Shown: piece by piece, positions 25,387 through 36,568 of the stretch
Layout of the letters: each line of letters begins with the position of its first letter
How positions within the stretch are numbered: the first letter of the stretch is position 1
Origin: Amphiscolops sp. MND2022
Taxonomy: Eukaryota
Assembly (NCBI GenBank): GCA_964187785.1
Contig: OZ076409.1
Coordinates: 5,396,001-5,460,000, forward strand
Direction: 5' to 3'
Length of the DNA stretch: 64,000 nucleotides
Translations under genes and position numbers: made by a program
The notes under the pieces: generated by a model
Told to the model about the DNA's origin: nothing
The model's database searches: none
What the model saw: the letters and a program-made list of their open reading frames with translations, nothing else

Positions 25387-26973
25387 TAGAAAGAAAGTCC
25401 GAGGTAAAACAGTGAATTAGGTTTTATTCGGAAAATAGGATTTTGTACGTTGTATCGTAAACAGGTATATCAAACTAAACTTGGAGAAGCAAAATACAAT
25501 TGTGTCCCTCTCGGAAAAATACCAATATATATACCCCTGAGAGGGTGACACTCACATTCCTTTTTAACAATCTATTTACAAATTCCATAAAGGGCACATG
25601 ACTATGGCGGGTGACCACTAACATTCATTCATTTTTAGCGGCGTCAACTGCATCAAAGCACTTTAGGAATTTGTCCCGTTAGGGTCAAAGGGCAATCATA
25701 CCTAATTCATCCGCAGCAACATCATTTAAAGTTTACATAAAATATGGAATGCACTCAAATGCATTTTCTAACTGCAAATACTATCATCAAAGGGGAGCGG
25801 AGGAATTTAGCCTTATTATATTAGGCAAACAACACTTTGACCAAACATCAAAACTAATACTTTCAAATTGTTTACAGTGAGAGGAATGTAAACTATTTAG
25901 CGGCACGTGCCTACACACGTGCGTAGAATCAACAAAACAAAGACACAGTTTCATGCAATAGAAATGAACATAATATAGCAATATGGCCGAATACGGCCAT
26001 TGGACTTGGGAGCTGGCCAATAGTGAAGGCCGGAATAGGACAGGTGACGGGTATTCGGATTGCTACTACTGGCCGTTATTATTGCACTAATTGGATTTAA
26101 AAAGCTCATTAACATCTTCAAGTATATAAATATAATCTTACATGACTGTAAAACAAACTCATTCATGCTTAAAAGCATCTCTAATAATAATAAGCAAAAT
26201 GGCCTAAACCGGCCATTTGCCTTTTGTCCCGCATTACCAATCTAATATAACGTCAAGTGGCCATATACGGCCAATCAATTAAAAATGTGTACAGCGCTTT
26301 ACACAATCTGGCCTGAATAGGCTAATTGCCTCGTATTAAGTAAACATTATTAAAATACTGGTCAAACGGCCTTAACCGTCTGAAAGAGCTAAGTCTGTGG
26401 TGTAGTTAGTTAATACTGCACTAGAGGGGTTATTCAGCCTAAGAGTACAAGCACATGAATCCTGGTTAATAATTAGCATCACAATTGCGCTTTTTGTGAA
26501 ATGGCCGGAACCGGCCGTTTGACTGAATATTTATTAAAAGTAGCGAAGTTATGTCCACAGGCCTTATTCGGCCATTAATGAATGGAAATATTAACTGCGT
26601 AGCAAATGGAGTAATTTGATTGGACAAGGCCGCGTGCTCAAGTGACGTATCTGGTACGGGATTTTATCAATAGCAACTATAATTAAAACAATTAGCAATG
26701 CTTCTTCTAACACCTTTTATCATTGCATCTGACGTATTAAGACAGCTTCAAGTACTTTCCAAGAAAATAAACAGCACTACTGATTAAATAGCACAGATTA
26801 CTTGATGAAAGCTAAATAGGCCGAAACCGGCCATTGGACCAGCGTCCGCGAGCATAGTGGTTAGATTAAGGCAAGCGGCCATAACCGGCCAAATAATGTA
26901 TTGCTGAGAGATAATACTAATACTAGCTATACTGCACTGTGATTGGTTAATTTGCAGGAGGCAGCCTGCGACA
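24792..26973 (-). repeat. 3' LTR (2182 bp)
   Basis: Direct repeat of 30690-32871; only three substitutions noticed by eye. Confidence 0.95.
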
Positions 26974-27112
26974 CTGCGGGTGGAATAAATAAAAACGACC
27001 CTGCATTAAGTCCATTCAAATAAGCTTCCTTCATAATTGCTGTGACGTAGGCCGGCTCACCTCTTGGTGTTGATCTCCTTATCACTCCCGTCATCAGAAT
27101 AGGTGTGAACAA
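26927..27112 (-). CDS. Remnant of a small accessory ORF crossing the internal region/3' LTR junction
   Basis: GEPAYVTAIMKEAYLNGLNAGSFLFIPPAVSQAASC aligns without gaps to GEPYYVKEARRRAFIEGMHAGPYVLIPRGLSRAAAC (59518-59844). Confidence 0.6.
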   Translation of the reverse strand: MFTPILMTGVIRRSTPRGEPAYVTAIMKEAYLNGLNAGSFLFIPPAVSQAASCKLTNHSAV

Positions 27113-28266
27113 TGCTCAAGTTGTTAATATCAAATACACTCGTCTCAAGTGGGTAATTAACGAGTCGCTTGGAGGCAATTAACGGCACGCACCAAAGGTT
27201 TCTCTTAAAATGGTTTTAGCCAATCAAAATTGACTTTCGATAAAATGGAAATTGGATAGTAAAATGGTGAAAATAATAACTAAAATAATCCAGAATGCGG
27301 AAATTCTAACTAAATGGTAATAAGGGCAACGGAACAAAACGGCAAAACGGAACAAGGTAAATGGCCATAATCGGCTTCTAAGTAACTAATTTGTAAATAA
27401 TGAGCAATCTTCTGTACATTTCGCTGGCAGACTCCATGCACAGTTTTAAATTCGTAAATAGCCATAAAATATTAACCCGGTAATCTCTTCAGCCACGAAC
27501 TCCAACTTTTCAATTTTGAGTATCATTATTCTAATTCCTTTATTATTTGGATTTTTGTTCATTTGAATTCATCTTTACGACGTCCATCTCTCTCCGACTT
27601 CATCTTTGTTGCTGACTACATCTTCCTCGGAGTATTCCGGAGCATCTTCCCCTTTTCAGCCGAGCTCGGCCACTTTCCCCAACTTCACCAGCCGAATAAG
27701 GACGCTTACCCAGAAGGAGTTTCCATCACTGCAGGATGTCTTCAAACACAAGTTGATCTGGATTTTTATTTTGAACTAATTTAACTTGATCAGGGTTAAA
27801 ATTTGTTCATAAAATGCTTCCTGCTTCCATCACTAAACACGTGATAACACGTTTCATTCAAATTTTTAGAACACTTTCGAAAGATTTCTGACGCGGCAAA
27901 ATGGATTTCTTTCAAGGAAGCTAACCGCCAAATTTCATCTCTTTCTGTTTATAGAATCAGAACAAAGAGACTACTCGAACACCAGATCCCAATTCACCCG
28001 TGGGTACAGGTTATGCTGTTGTGTTTTCACCGCCCCTGTTTCCTCCTCTTAGAGTAGAGAGGTCCCCAAGTAGTACTGACAGTGTTGATGTTACAGCTTA
28101 CGCTGACGAAAAGGTCAGACTCCATGCAGAGGCTCAATTGCTAGAAGGGTCACAGGTCGCTGAATCATTCATGGGCGACCAAGAGACAAAGGACGAAGAA
28201 GGAAGAAGGGTAGATGCAGTAGGAAGAGAAGTAGAAGGAGAGGTAGAAGCAGAGGGAGGAAGGACT

Positions 28267-29577
28267 TTAAAAATGAAAAGGAAAAGAAGGAAAGAGAGCA
28301 GTGTTCCTTCTTGGACGCTCATTAATCTTTTCGTAGTATCTGAAGTCTTCTGAGTAGTTTGGATTAGGATTAGGTCTCAGATTATATCTTCCACCTCTAG
28401 GACTCCGATTTTCATTTCCTTCATCATTTTGCGATATTTCGGGCACGATAATATCATCCCCCTTTTTTGGAGACTTTTGTGCATCGCTATCATTAGCAGA
28501 ATTTCGTTCTGAAAAATTTGCATCGTTTCCTTGTCTTTCGGAGAGATCCAGCAAAGATTTTTCTGGATTTTTGTGGTAAACGGCCGAATCCGGCCAATCA
28601 GAGTTTTCATTTCTAGTAGCTTCACTATCTTCATTTGCATTGCTGACGTCACTTTTCAGTCGTTTATCTCGACTGTGCTCTGTATCGTTGACGTCATTCG
28701 GACAATCAGTCGTGATTATGTAATCCGCTTCATTCTCGCTTGCGTTATCTGCGTTCGCTTTTGCCGTAGTCAGTCTTTCGCCATTCGGCAAGCTAGCCGG
28801 AATAGGCTCGCTGCCTCGTGTAGCTAGTTGTTCACCAAAGTTTGTTTCCCACGTAATTGTGTACAAATCGTCCTGCGGAATGACAATTTCTTCGTCCGGC
28901 AGTAATCGCTCTTCTCGGAAATTGTCCTCAAGCGGTTGATTGGGGACAAACTTTTTGAGGCGAATTCGATGCAAGATCTGAGTTTTAAGGTTAATGTTGG
29001 TTGACAGGGGTATACAGTCTGGTTCACCATTTTTGGTAATGAGTACATTCAGGAACTGTCTCTCGTCTAGTAGCGATTGTGGAATTGATTCTGCACAGTT
29101 TTCGATATTCTCGGTTCCCAAGGGGTTTGGAAACACCGGATGGTTTAGCGCTCTGGTTTTCTTGTTATGGGTAATTGGAGGGTTCTCGTGGACTGTCTTG
29201 TTGCAATGTTCAATATCGTCTAGAACATATTGAAATTGCAATAGATCCTGGTTGCAGATCTCAGTGTCCCAGTAGTGATCTCTTCCATAATCTGGGTCGA
29301 TGTATGTAGGGTTGTAGTCGTCTACTAAGGGAATGGGCCTGAATCGGATAGTAAAGGTAGTTGTGTAATCAGGATCCCAAACAGGAATTGATTTCTGGAA
29401 CAAATGGGTATTATTATAGGTAATAATGATAGCTTTTTCAATCTGCTGCTGCCAGACAACAGAAGGATAGCCCATCAATTGTTGTTGGTAATTATGAAAG
29501 TTTTTGGTTTGAGGGTCCGATTTGATGTATTGACAGACAGAGACTAGTTGGTTGTATTGGAGTGGTGGCGAAGCTAG
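28267..29577 (-). pseudogene. pol: Pol-frame remnant: pre-protease region joined in frame to post-integrase tail
   Basis: Open from the slippery site at the gag end to 28267; no DTG, YxDD or DDE motifs; junction IPLSTNINLK|TQILHRIRLKKF near 28985; acidic tail ending RYNLRPNP. Confidence 0.7.
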
Positions 29578-30446
29578 TTTTTTGACTCATCTTTGCTTGA
29601 TGAGGATTGGGAATTGGATGATGTTGGCTTGTGATGGGGTTTTGAGGATTTGGGGTCAGGATCGCTGTCCGACGAGTCCTCTGGCCTGGTGCGTTTGGGC
29701 TTGAGATGCGCACCAGCACCTTGCCAGCATCTCTCCTCATGGTGGTTTGTCTTGCCACATGTCCCACATTTAGGATAAACCTTTATCTGTGTGGGCTTGC
29801 CTTGTTGGGCATCTTTCTCCTTTTTCTTTTTGCGCTTTTCACAGTCTTTGACCATGTGGCCCTTTTCTTTGCAATAGTTGCAGGTAATGTCACTCATTTG
29901 GACGTTTGATGGAACAGTTTTTGTTTTTGTGGCTGAAGACGTCATTGATGCCATTGGTAGGTCATCAGATTCTTCAAGGGCGTTTAGCTCCAATTCTCTC
30001 TCAAGATGAGCGACAATTTCGTCATAGGAGCCGTTCTCTAATCTGGCCATATTTACTGATCTTTTTTGCTTGGGCGGCAGTTTTGCGTATAGGAGACTGT
30101 CAATAATCTTTTGGGCATGGTCTCCGAATGCTTTTTCTGCGCCTTGATTCAGCTCTTCGAAAAAATCTGGTAGTTTTGTCGTATTTGGATCAAATACCAG
30201 ACGGTGCCATTTATGTTTGGCAGTTGCTTGAGATTCGGGTTTGACGTATTTCCGTCTGAAGATGACTAATACGTCCTCGAGAGTTTGTCTGTTAGCTGTG
30301 CTAATGTTTCGGAATGTTTGCAGAGCGTTTTTGCTCAAAAGCGAATGAAAATGATTAATTTTCATCTGCTCGGACATCAACTTGATCATCGTGTGGAATA
30401 GATATACGAACAGCCCGAACTTCTTGCTTTTGCCGTCAAAAGTCAT
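29574..30446 (-). CDS. gag: Gag capsid/nucleocapsid with two CCHC zinc knuckles
   Basis: TFDGKS capsid start; CNYCKEKGHMVKDC and CGTCGKTNHHEERC; ends TCA AAA AAC TAG (slippery heptamer). Confidence 0.9.
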   Translation of the reverse strand: MTFDGKSKKFGLFVYLFHTMIKLMSEQMKINHFHSLLSKNALQTFRNISTANRQTLEDVLVIFRRKYVKPESQATAKHKWHRLVFDPNTTKLPDFFEELNQGAEKAFGDHAQKIIDSLLYAKLPPKQKRSVNMARLENGSYDEIVAHLERELELNALEESDDLPMASMTSSATKTKTVPSNVQMSDITCNYCKEKGHMVKDCEKRKKKKEKDAQQGKPTQIKVYPKCGTCGKTNHHEERCWQGAGAHLKPKRTRPEDSSDSDPDPKSSKPHHKPTSSNSQSSSSKDESKN

Positions 30447-31284
30447 AGTGTTTGAGTTGACTGGGCGGATAGTGGGTTGTTGGACGGTTCTGCATACTGG
30501 TCAAGACATCAGCTAGCCTGTTGATAGGATCTTGTTCCGGGGCCGGAACGGTCCTTTCTTGTGCTGGGATCGTCGTGTCGAGCAGGGGATTGAGGTCATC
30601 ATGAGATCGGTTGAGATGACTTTTTGATGGCATTCGTCCCGTGAGAAACTCAGGAATATCAGTTGGAGATTCGTTTTCTCCTGTCACCATGTCGTAAGCA
30701 CGCGCGTTTGTGGATGTAGTTGGACCGTCTTTCTGACAGTCCATAAATGGCTTACTTCTCGAGTTATCTCTGGAATCTGAGTTTCGCAGAACTTCGGAAT
30801 ATCCTTCCTGTCTCTCGGCCGGAACGTTCCATCTTTCTCTGGTCAAATGTCCCGATCCGGCCACAATGGCATTTTGAATCTGGGGTAAAACCTGATTGCT
30901 AATTGCATCAATTATGGCTCTCTGTATCTGAACACTGACACTATTCATCATCTCGTCCATCTCTCTAGATATTCGGGAATTCAATTCACTCGACAGTCTA
31001 TTTATCTCAGCACTAGAATTACCTCCAGCAGAGTTTTGGCCGTAATCGGCATTTGGACTAAGTCCGTCATTTCTTGAATTTAAGTACCTGTTTTCATCAT
31101 TATTTTCAAATTGATCACCAAAAGTACTTTCAGGTCTTCTGGCTTGATTACTACTGAGGCTTTCATCTCTCTCATTTCTACTGAAATGGTTTTCTCCGAG
31201 CATCATATCTACATTTTCAATGTCCGAAATTATCTCAACTCCTCTAGATTTTCTGGTTTTCTTCTGCTTTCTTGTTGTAGGCAT
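30436..31284 (-). CDS. gag: Gag N-terminal region starting inside the 5' LTR; frameshifted from the rest of gag near 30475
   Basis: 282-aa ORF crossing the LTR end (30690) and PBS; alternative frame TIRPVNSNTMTFDG links to the next ORF. Confidence 0.8.
   Translation of the reverse strand: MPTTRKQKKTRKSRGVEIISDIENVDMMLGENHFSRNERDESLSSNQARRPESTFGDQFENNDENRYLNSRNDGLSPNADYGQNSAGGNSSAEINRLSSELNSRISREMDEMMNSVSVQIQRAIIDAISNQVLPQIQNAIVAGSGHLTRERWNVPAERQEGYSEVLRNSDSRDNSRSKPFMDCQKDGPTTSTNARAYDMVTGENESPTDIPEFLTGRMPSKSHLNRSHDDLNPLLDTTIPAQERTVPAPEQDPINRLADVLTSMQNRPTTHYPPSQLKHYDF
30678..30689 (-). promoter_or_regulatory. Primer binding site TGGTGACAGGAG
   Basis: Immediately after the 5' LTR terminal CA; same as 656-667. 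Confidence 0.8.
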
Positions 31285-32871
31285 TAGAAAGAAAGTCCGA
31301 GGTAAAACAGTGAATTAGGTTTTATTCGGAAAATAGGATTTTGTACGTTGTATCGTAAACAGGTATATCAAACTAAACTTGGAGAAGCAAAATACAATTG
31401 TGTCCCTCTCGGAAAAATACCAATATATATACCCCTGAGAGGGTGACACTCACATTCCTTTTTAACAATCTATTTACAAATTCCATAAAGGGCACATGAC
31501 TATGGCGGGTGACCACTAACATTCATTCATTTTTAGCGGCGTCAACTGCATCAAAGCACTTTAGGAATTTGTCCCGTTAGGGTCAAAGGGCAATCATACC
31601 TAATTCATCCGCAGCAACATCATTTAAAGTTTACATAAAATATGGAATGCACTCAAATGCATTTTCTAACTGCAAATACTATCATCAAAGGGGAGCGGAG
31701 GAATTTAGCCTTATTATATTAGGCAAACAACACTTTGACCAAACATCAAAACTAATACTTTCAAATTGTTTACAGTGAGAGGAATGTAAACTATTTAGCG
31801 GCACGTGCCTACACACGTGCGTAGAATCAACAAAACAAAGACACAGTTTCATGCAATAGAAATGAACATAATATAGCAATATGGCCGAATACGGCCATTG
31901 GACTTGGGAGCTGGCCAATAGTGAAGGCCGGAATAGGACAGGTGACGGGTATTCGGATTGCTACTACTGGCCGTTATTATTGCACTAATTGGATTTAAAA
32001 AGCTCATTAACATCTTCAAGTATATAAATATAATCTTACATGACTGTAAAACAAACTCATTCATGCTTAAAAGCATCTCTAATAATAATAAGCAAAATGG
32101 CCTAAACCGGCCATTTGCCTTTTGTCCCGCATTACCAATCTAATATAACGTCAAGTGGCCATATACGGCCAATCAATTAAAAATGTGTACAGCGCTTTAC
32201 ACAATCTGGCCTGAATAGGCTAATTGCCTCGTATTAAGTAAACATTATTAAAATACTGGTCAAACGGCCTTAACCGTCTGAAAGAGCTAAGTCTGTGGTG
32301 TAGTTAGTTAATACTGCACTAGAGGGGTTATTCAGCCTAAGAGTACAAGCACATGAATCCTGGTTAATAATTAGCATCACAATTGCGCTTTTTGTGAAAT
32401 GGCCGGAACCGGCCGTTTGACTGAATATTTATTAAAAGTAGCGAAGTTATGTCCACAGGCCTTATTCGGCCATTAATGAATGGAAATATTAACTGCGTAG
32501 CAAATGGAGTAATTTGATTGGACAAGGCCGCGTGCTCAAGTGACGTATCTGGTACGGGATTTTATCAATAGCAACTATAAATAAAACAATTAGCAATGCT
32601 TCTTCTAACACCTTTTATCATTGCATCTGACGTATTAAGACAGCTTCAAGTACTTTCCAAGAAAATAAACAGCACTACTGATTAAATAGCACAGATTACT
32701 TGATGAAAGCTAAATAGGCCGAAACCGGCCATTGGACCAGCGTCCGCGAGCATAGTGGTTAGATTAAGGCAAGCGGCCATAACCGGCCAAATAATGTATT
32801 GCTGAGAGATAAAACTAATACTAGCTATACTGCACTGTGATTGGTTAATTTGCAGGAGGCAGCCTGCGACA
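30690..32871 (-). repeat. 5' LTR (2182 bp)
   Basis: Direct repeat of 24792-26973, adjacent to PBS. Confidence 0.95.
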
Positions 32872-34119
32872 GCCCCCTTTGGGTTTTTTTGGCACTATGC
32901 GACTTTTTTTCGAAAATTTTCGGATTCTATCAAAGGGTAACCCCTTGCATTTTTTTGAAGTTTTTGGTTTGTAAAAACGTTAAATGAGCCTGAATGGCCT
33001 CTTTTTGAGTTTTTCGGCATTGTGCGACTTTCTAAAAAAAAACTTTTTTTCGAAAAAAAAATTTCAAAATTTTTTTTTGAAAAAAATAATTTTTCCAAAT
33101 GTTTCCAATAGTTGTTCTTTGAATATTTTTGAGCCTTAGATATGACGCCGACTTGAGACGATCCCGTCTTGTTGTCACTCAAAACAGGAAGTTGTTGATT
33201 TCTTTTTCTCTGCTTTTTCAAGAATGCGTGACTTCATTCGTAAAAATAGTGTGAACAAAGTTTGCATCTCAAATCCAAACTGTCACATTGGAAATGAATT
33301 ACAATTGAAGGTTTCTGTTTTATGTCAAAGTCTCTTTGTCATAATATTTCCACAAAGTTTCCAAAAAAACATGGTAAGGGGGATTGAAAAGAGCCGACAT
33401 ATCAGATCTTTTTACTATGTCCCCCCTTTTGACTCGTTACACTATGCCCCCCATCTATTGGTTTTCATTTGCAAATCTCCACTCAGCCAATCAGAAGCAA
33501 TTATACTTCATACATGCATTTAAAACTGTTTCACTTTGTCCTCCCTTTTGGCTAGAGGGGGGACACAGTGAAAGAGGTCCGTAATATCTCAAAAGAAGGC
33601 AAGATTCGCTCACGTCGGCGCTTCCTTCATCCCTAGTTGGATCTGTTGGGAAGTTTTGCATGTTCACCAATGTTGCCAAGCACTTTCAGTATGATTTTGG
33701 AAGTTCCTTAGTGAATCATTCATTTTCCCAAATATTTCCCAGATACAATGCCATTTCTTCAAGTATTTATTAGGATTTCTATACAACTTTGTGGGTTTTC
33801 AGAGAAACAACAAGGACGAGAAAGACAAATGAAAGTAAATTTTTAGAAAATTTCAGACTGGCCTAATTAAATGTGGAATCTTCTTTCATAACAGGAAGTT
33901 AAACAGAAAAGAGCCAAATACTCATCAGGAGTATGTCTTATAACAAGAAAATCTAAAATCAGAGAAATCACATTTATGTTGATAAGCTGATAAGTTGAAG
34001 TGCATCATTCAAAGTTATTTTTTTCTGCCCATATAAGGAAAAAAGAACAATTTTTGAGAAATATTTGGAACTCAAAAAGTTTTTTATGCGTTCTATATTA
34101 GTGAACCGGAACATGTATC

Positions 34120-34640
34120 AACAAGCCTGGAACGGCCCAAGTCGGCGCCATATCTAAGGCTCAAAAATAGCAACAGGACTTCTAAGTGTCAAGTATTCTC
34201 TTCTCTTCTACAGTACCCGCATGAGGAAAAAATTTTCCGAATTTTTTCTCGAAATTTTTTTGAAGGCTCCGGTAAGTCGCATAGTGCCAAAAAAAGTAAA
34301 AAGGGGGCTTTTGTTTTTGAACATCCATTCTTTTGCAAATAAGAAAAAAATAAGGAAAAATAAGGGGACCCCTTGGAGACATTAAAAAAATTCGCGAAAA
34401 AAAGTCTGATAAAGCCGAAAGAACATGCACTAAAAATTTGGTCTAGGGCGAGACTCGAACCCACGTCCTTTTGCTTTGCAGACCTCAAAAAAATCCTAAT
34501 TAACCTCTATGCACAACTTACATTAGTGTGGCAGTTGAAGGAAGCCAGCTTATAAAGCTTATAAAATCTGTCACTTCATTGGTCTTTAAAAAAGTCACTG
34601 CAATAGTCTGTGTTTTTCTACGAAAAGCGCTGACTAAAAA
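34120..34640 (-). mobile_element. Family A HINE-like copy
   Basis: AACAAGCCTGGAACGGCCCAAGTCGGCGCC...GCGCTGACTAAAAA. Confidence 0.65.
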
Positions 34641-35083
34641 ACAAGACGCGTAATAATTTTGGCTGATCAAATTTCGAGATATTCGCAACTTTCATTTCAG
34701 CTTGTCGATCATTCGAAATGACGTCTTTTATTTCAACTGAGTCGACCTAAACACACATCTTTAAGAAAAGAGGAGCCGCAGTGGTTTTGCGATAAAAATT
34801 GTACACTGATAAAAGACGCCTTTAGCAATTAATCGGACACTTTAAAAGCTCACTTGTTTGAAAGACGGGCCGAAAACAGCCGCAAAAAATTTCTAATAAT
34901 AAATCTCTAATAAGAGTCTGCCGATCTGAACACTAGTTCATGAATACAGTTGGGTACGAAAATCTCACGTATAACTTGTGTTTTATAGATTTCTCGAAGT
35001 TTTAGCTAAAGAAACGTTTTAGTGCGGCGTTTGTTTCCCAAAAAATCCTCGAACCAACCGCAAGGCCAACCTTACCAAGTTAT

Positions 35084-35582
35084 AACAAGCCGGGAACGGC
35101 CCAAGTCGGCGCCATATCTAAGGCTCAAAAATATTCAAGGAACAACTTTTGGGAACATTTTGGGGAAAATATTTTTCAAAAAAAGTACTTGGTAAAAAAG
35201 TCGCATAATGCCGAAAAACCCAAAAAGAGACCCTTTAGGCTCATTAAACGTTTTTTACAAACCGAAAACTTCAAATAACTCAAGGGAGTACCCTTTGACA
35301 AAATTCAAAAATTTCGGAAAAAAGTCGCATAGTTCCGAAAAAAAATCCAAAGGGGGACCCTTTGGTCTCACCTCTACTTGTGGAAGCATGAAAAAAATTT
35401 TGGTTTAGTGCGAGACTCGAACCCACGCTCTCCTGCTTCTCTAAGTCTGAAAATTAGTCGGCCAAGAAGATGAACATACCAGCTTATAAAAGCTTATGAA
35501 ATCTGTCACTTCGTTGGTCTTGAAAAAAAGAAAAGTCACTACTATAGTCTGCAATTTTCTTCGAAAAGCGCCGACTAAAAAA
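35084..35582 (-). mobile_element. Family A HINE-like copy
   Basis: AACAAGCCGGGAACGGCCCAAGTCGGCGCC...GCGCCGACTAAAAA. Confidence 0.65.
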
Positions 35583-36436
35583 TCTAGTTCATATCGCTGA
35601 TTCTGCAGTTTTTCATTCCTTAGTTTGATCATGAGTTACACCTTTTCAACTCTTTTTAAACTGATGGTCTAAAAATTAGGCAAAACAGATACCATCAGCG
35701 TCTATGGTTTCACCTATGGCGGCGGAAAAAAATTAGAAACTTTCGAACAAACCGAACAATAACCTCCAAACACTCAGAAGTCTAAATTTGAGTTTAACCG
35801 TTTGGGTCATCTAATAGTTAGTCTCTCCGTTTTTTGTTCAGCAAATGACGTCTGAAAAGTAATGCAACCGCTTCTGTTGCAAAGCAAAAGCATTGCGATT
35901 CACGGTGATAGGCTATTCAGAAGCAGTCGATGTTAGATGCCAACAACCGTTCTGGAGGACTATTTGGTGAAAAGTAATTCGAATTGGAAACATGGAAAAT
36001 TGAAGGATTTTCATTTTTACAAATTCAGCGTATTGCATTTCATCGGTGGAATCTTCATTCTCTAAAGGTTTTAATCAACGAAGCAACTTTCTCAACTCGG
36101 TTTTACTGTTTCGGTGTAAAAATATGAACCGTTTTCGGCTAAAAATTGGTTACGTTTGACTCAAATGAGTCCGTTTGCTGAAAAAACTATATCATCCTAG
36201 CTGCGAAAATATCATCGAATTCTAGAGAAATTTTTAAAATCTATTTCTCATTTTATCATAAATATCGAGGGTCGCCTGAAGACATTTTGCTTAAAAATTT
36301 TCGCAGAGAGCATCGAAACGTTAATATCGACATAATGAAGTGCTTGAGTGCAACAAGTTGAAACTAAGTTCTCTTCATATAATTTTGACTCTTTTACGTT
36401 TTCCCATCAATTTTTTAGTCTGTTGTTTTGTTCCAG

Positions 36437-36568
36437 AGAGTATCCGGAAGGACGACCACGTGCTGGAAGTACAGTGGATCACCCAGCACTGTGTCTCCCA
36501 GATGACCGCGTTTCCCTACGTCTTCATCTTCACCAAGGGATTCGTTCTGCTCTACGGCGCCTTTCTGG
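36437..36568 (+). CDS. GABA-B-like GPCR exon encoding ECL2 and TM5
   Basis: TTCCAG acceptor; QHCVSQM...FTKGFVLLYGAFL matches EHC...YKGLL.LFG.FLA; GTGAG donor; 132 nt, phase 1/1. Confidence 0.9.

Larger units (their letters stand above)
24792..32871 (-). mobile_element. Full-boundary, internally deleted (non-autonomous) Ty3/Gypsy-type LTR retrotransposon
   Basis: Two 2182-bp LTRs TGTCG...CGACA, 5-bp TSD GCCCC (24787-24791 / 32872-32876), PBS at 30678-30689, gag with two zinc knuckles, no PR/RT/RH/IN catalytic domains. Confidence 0.95.

Noticed and set aside
25787..26245. Short ORFs duplicated at 31685-32143
   Set aside because: Identical only because they lie in the LTRs; no coding hallmarks.
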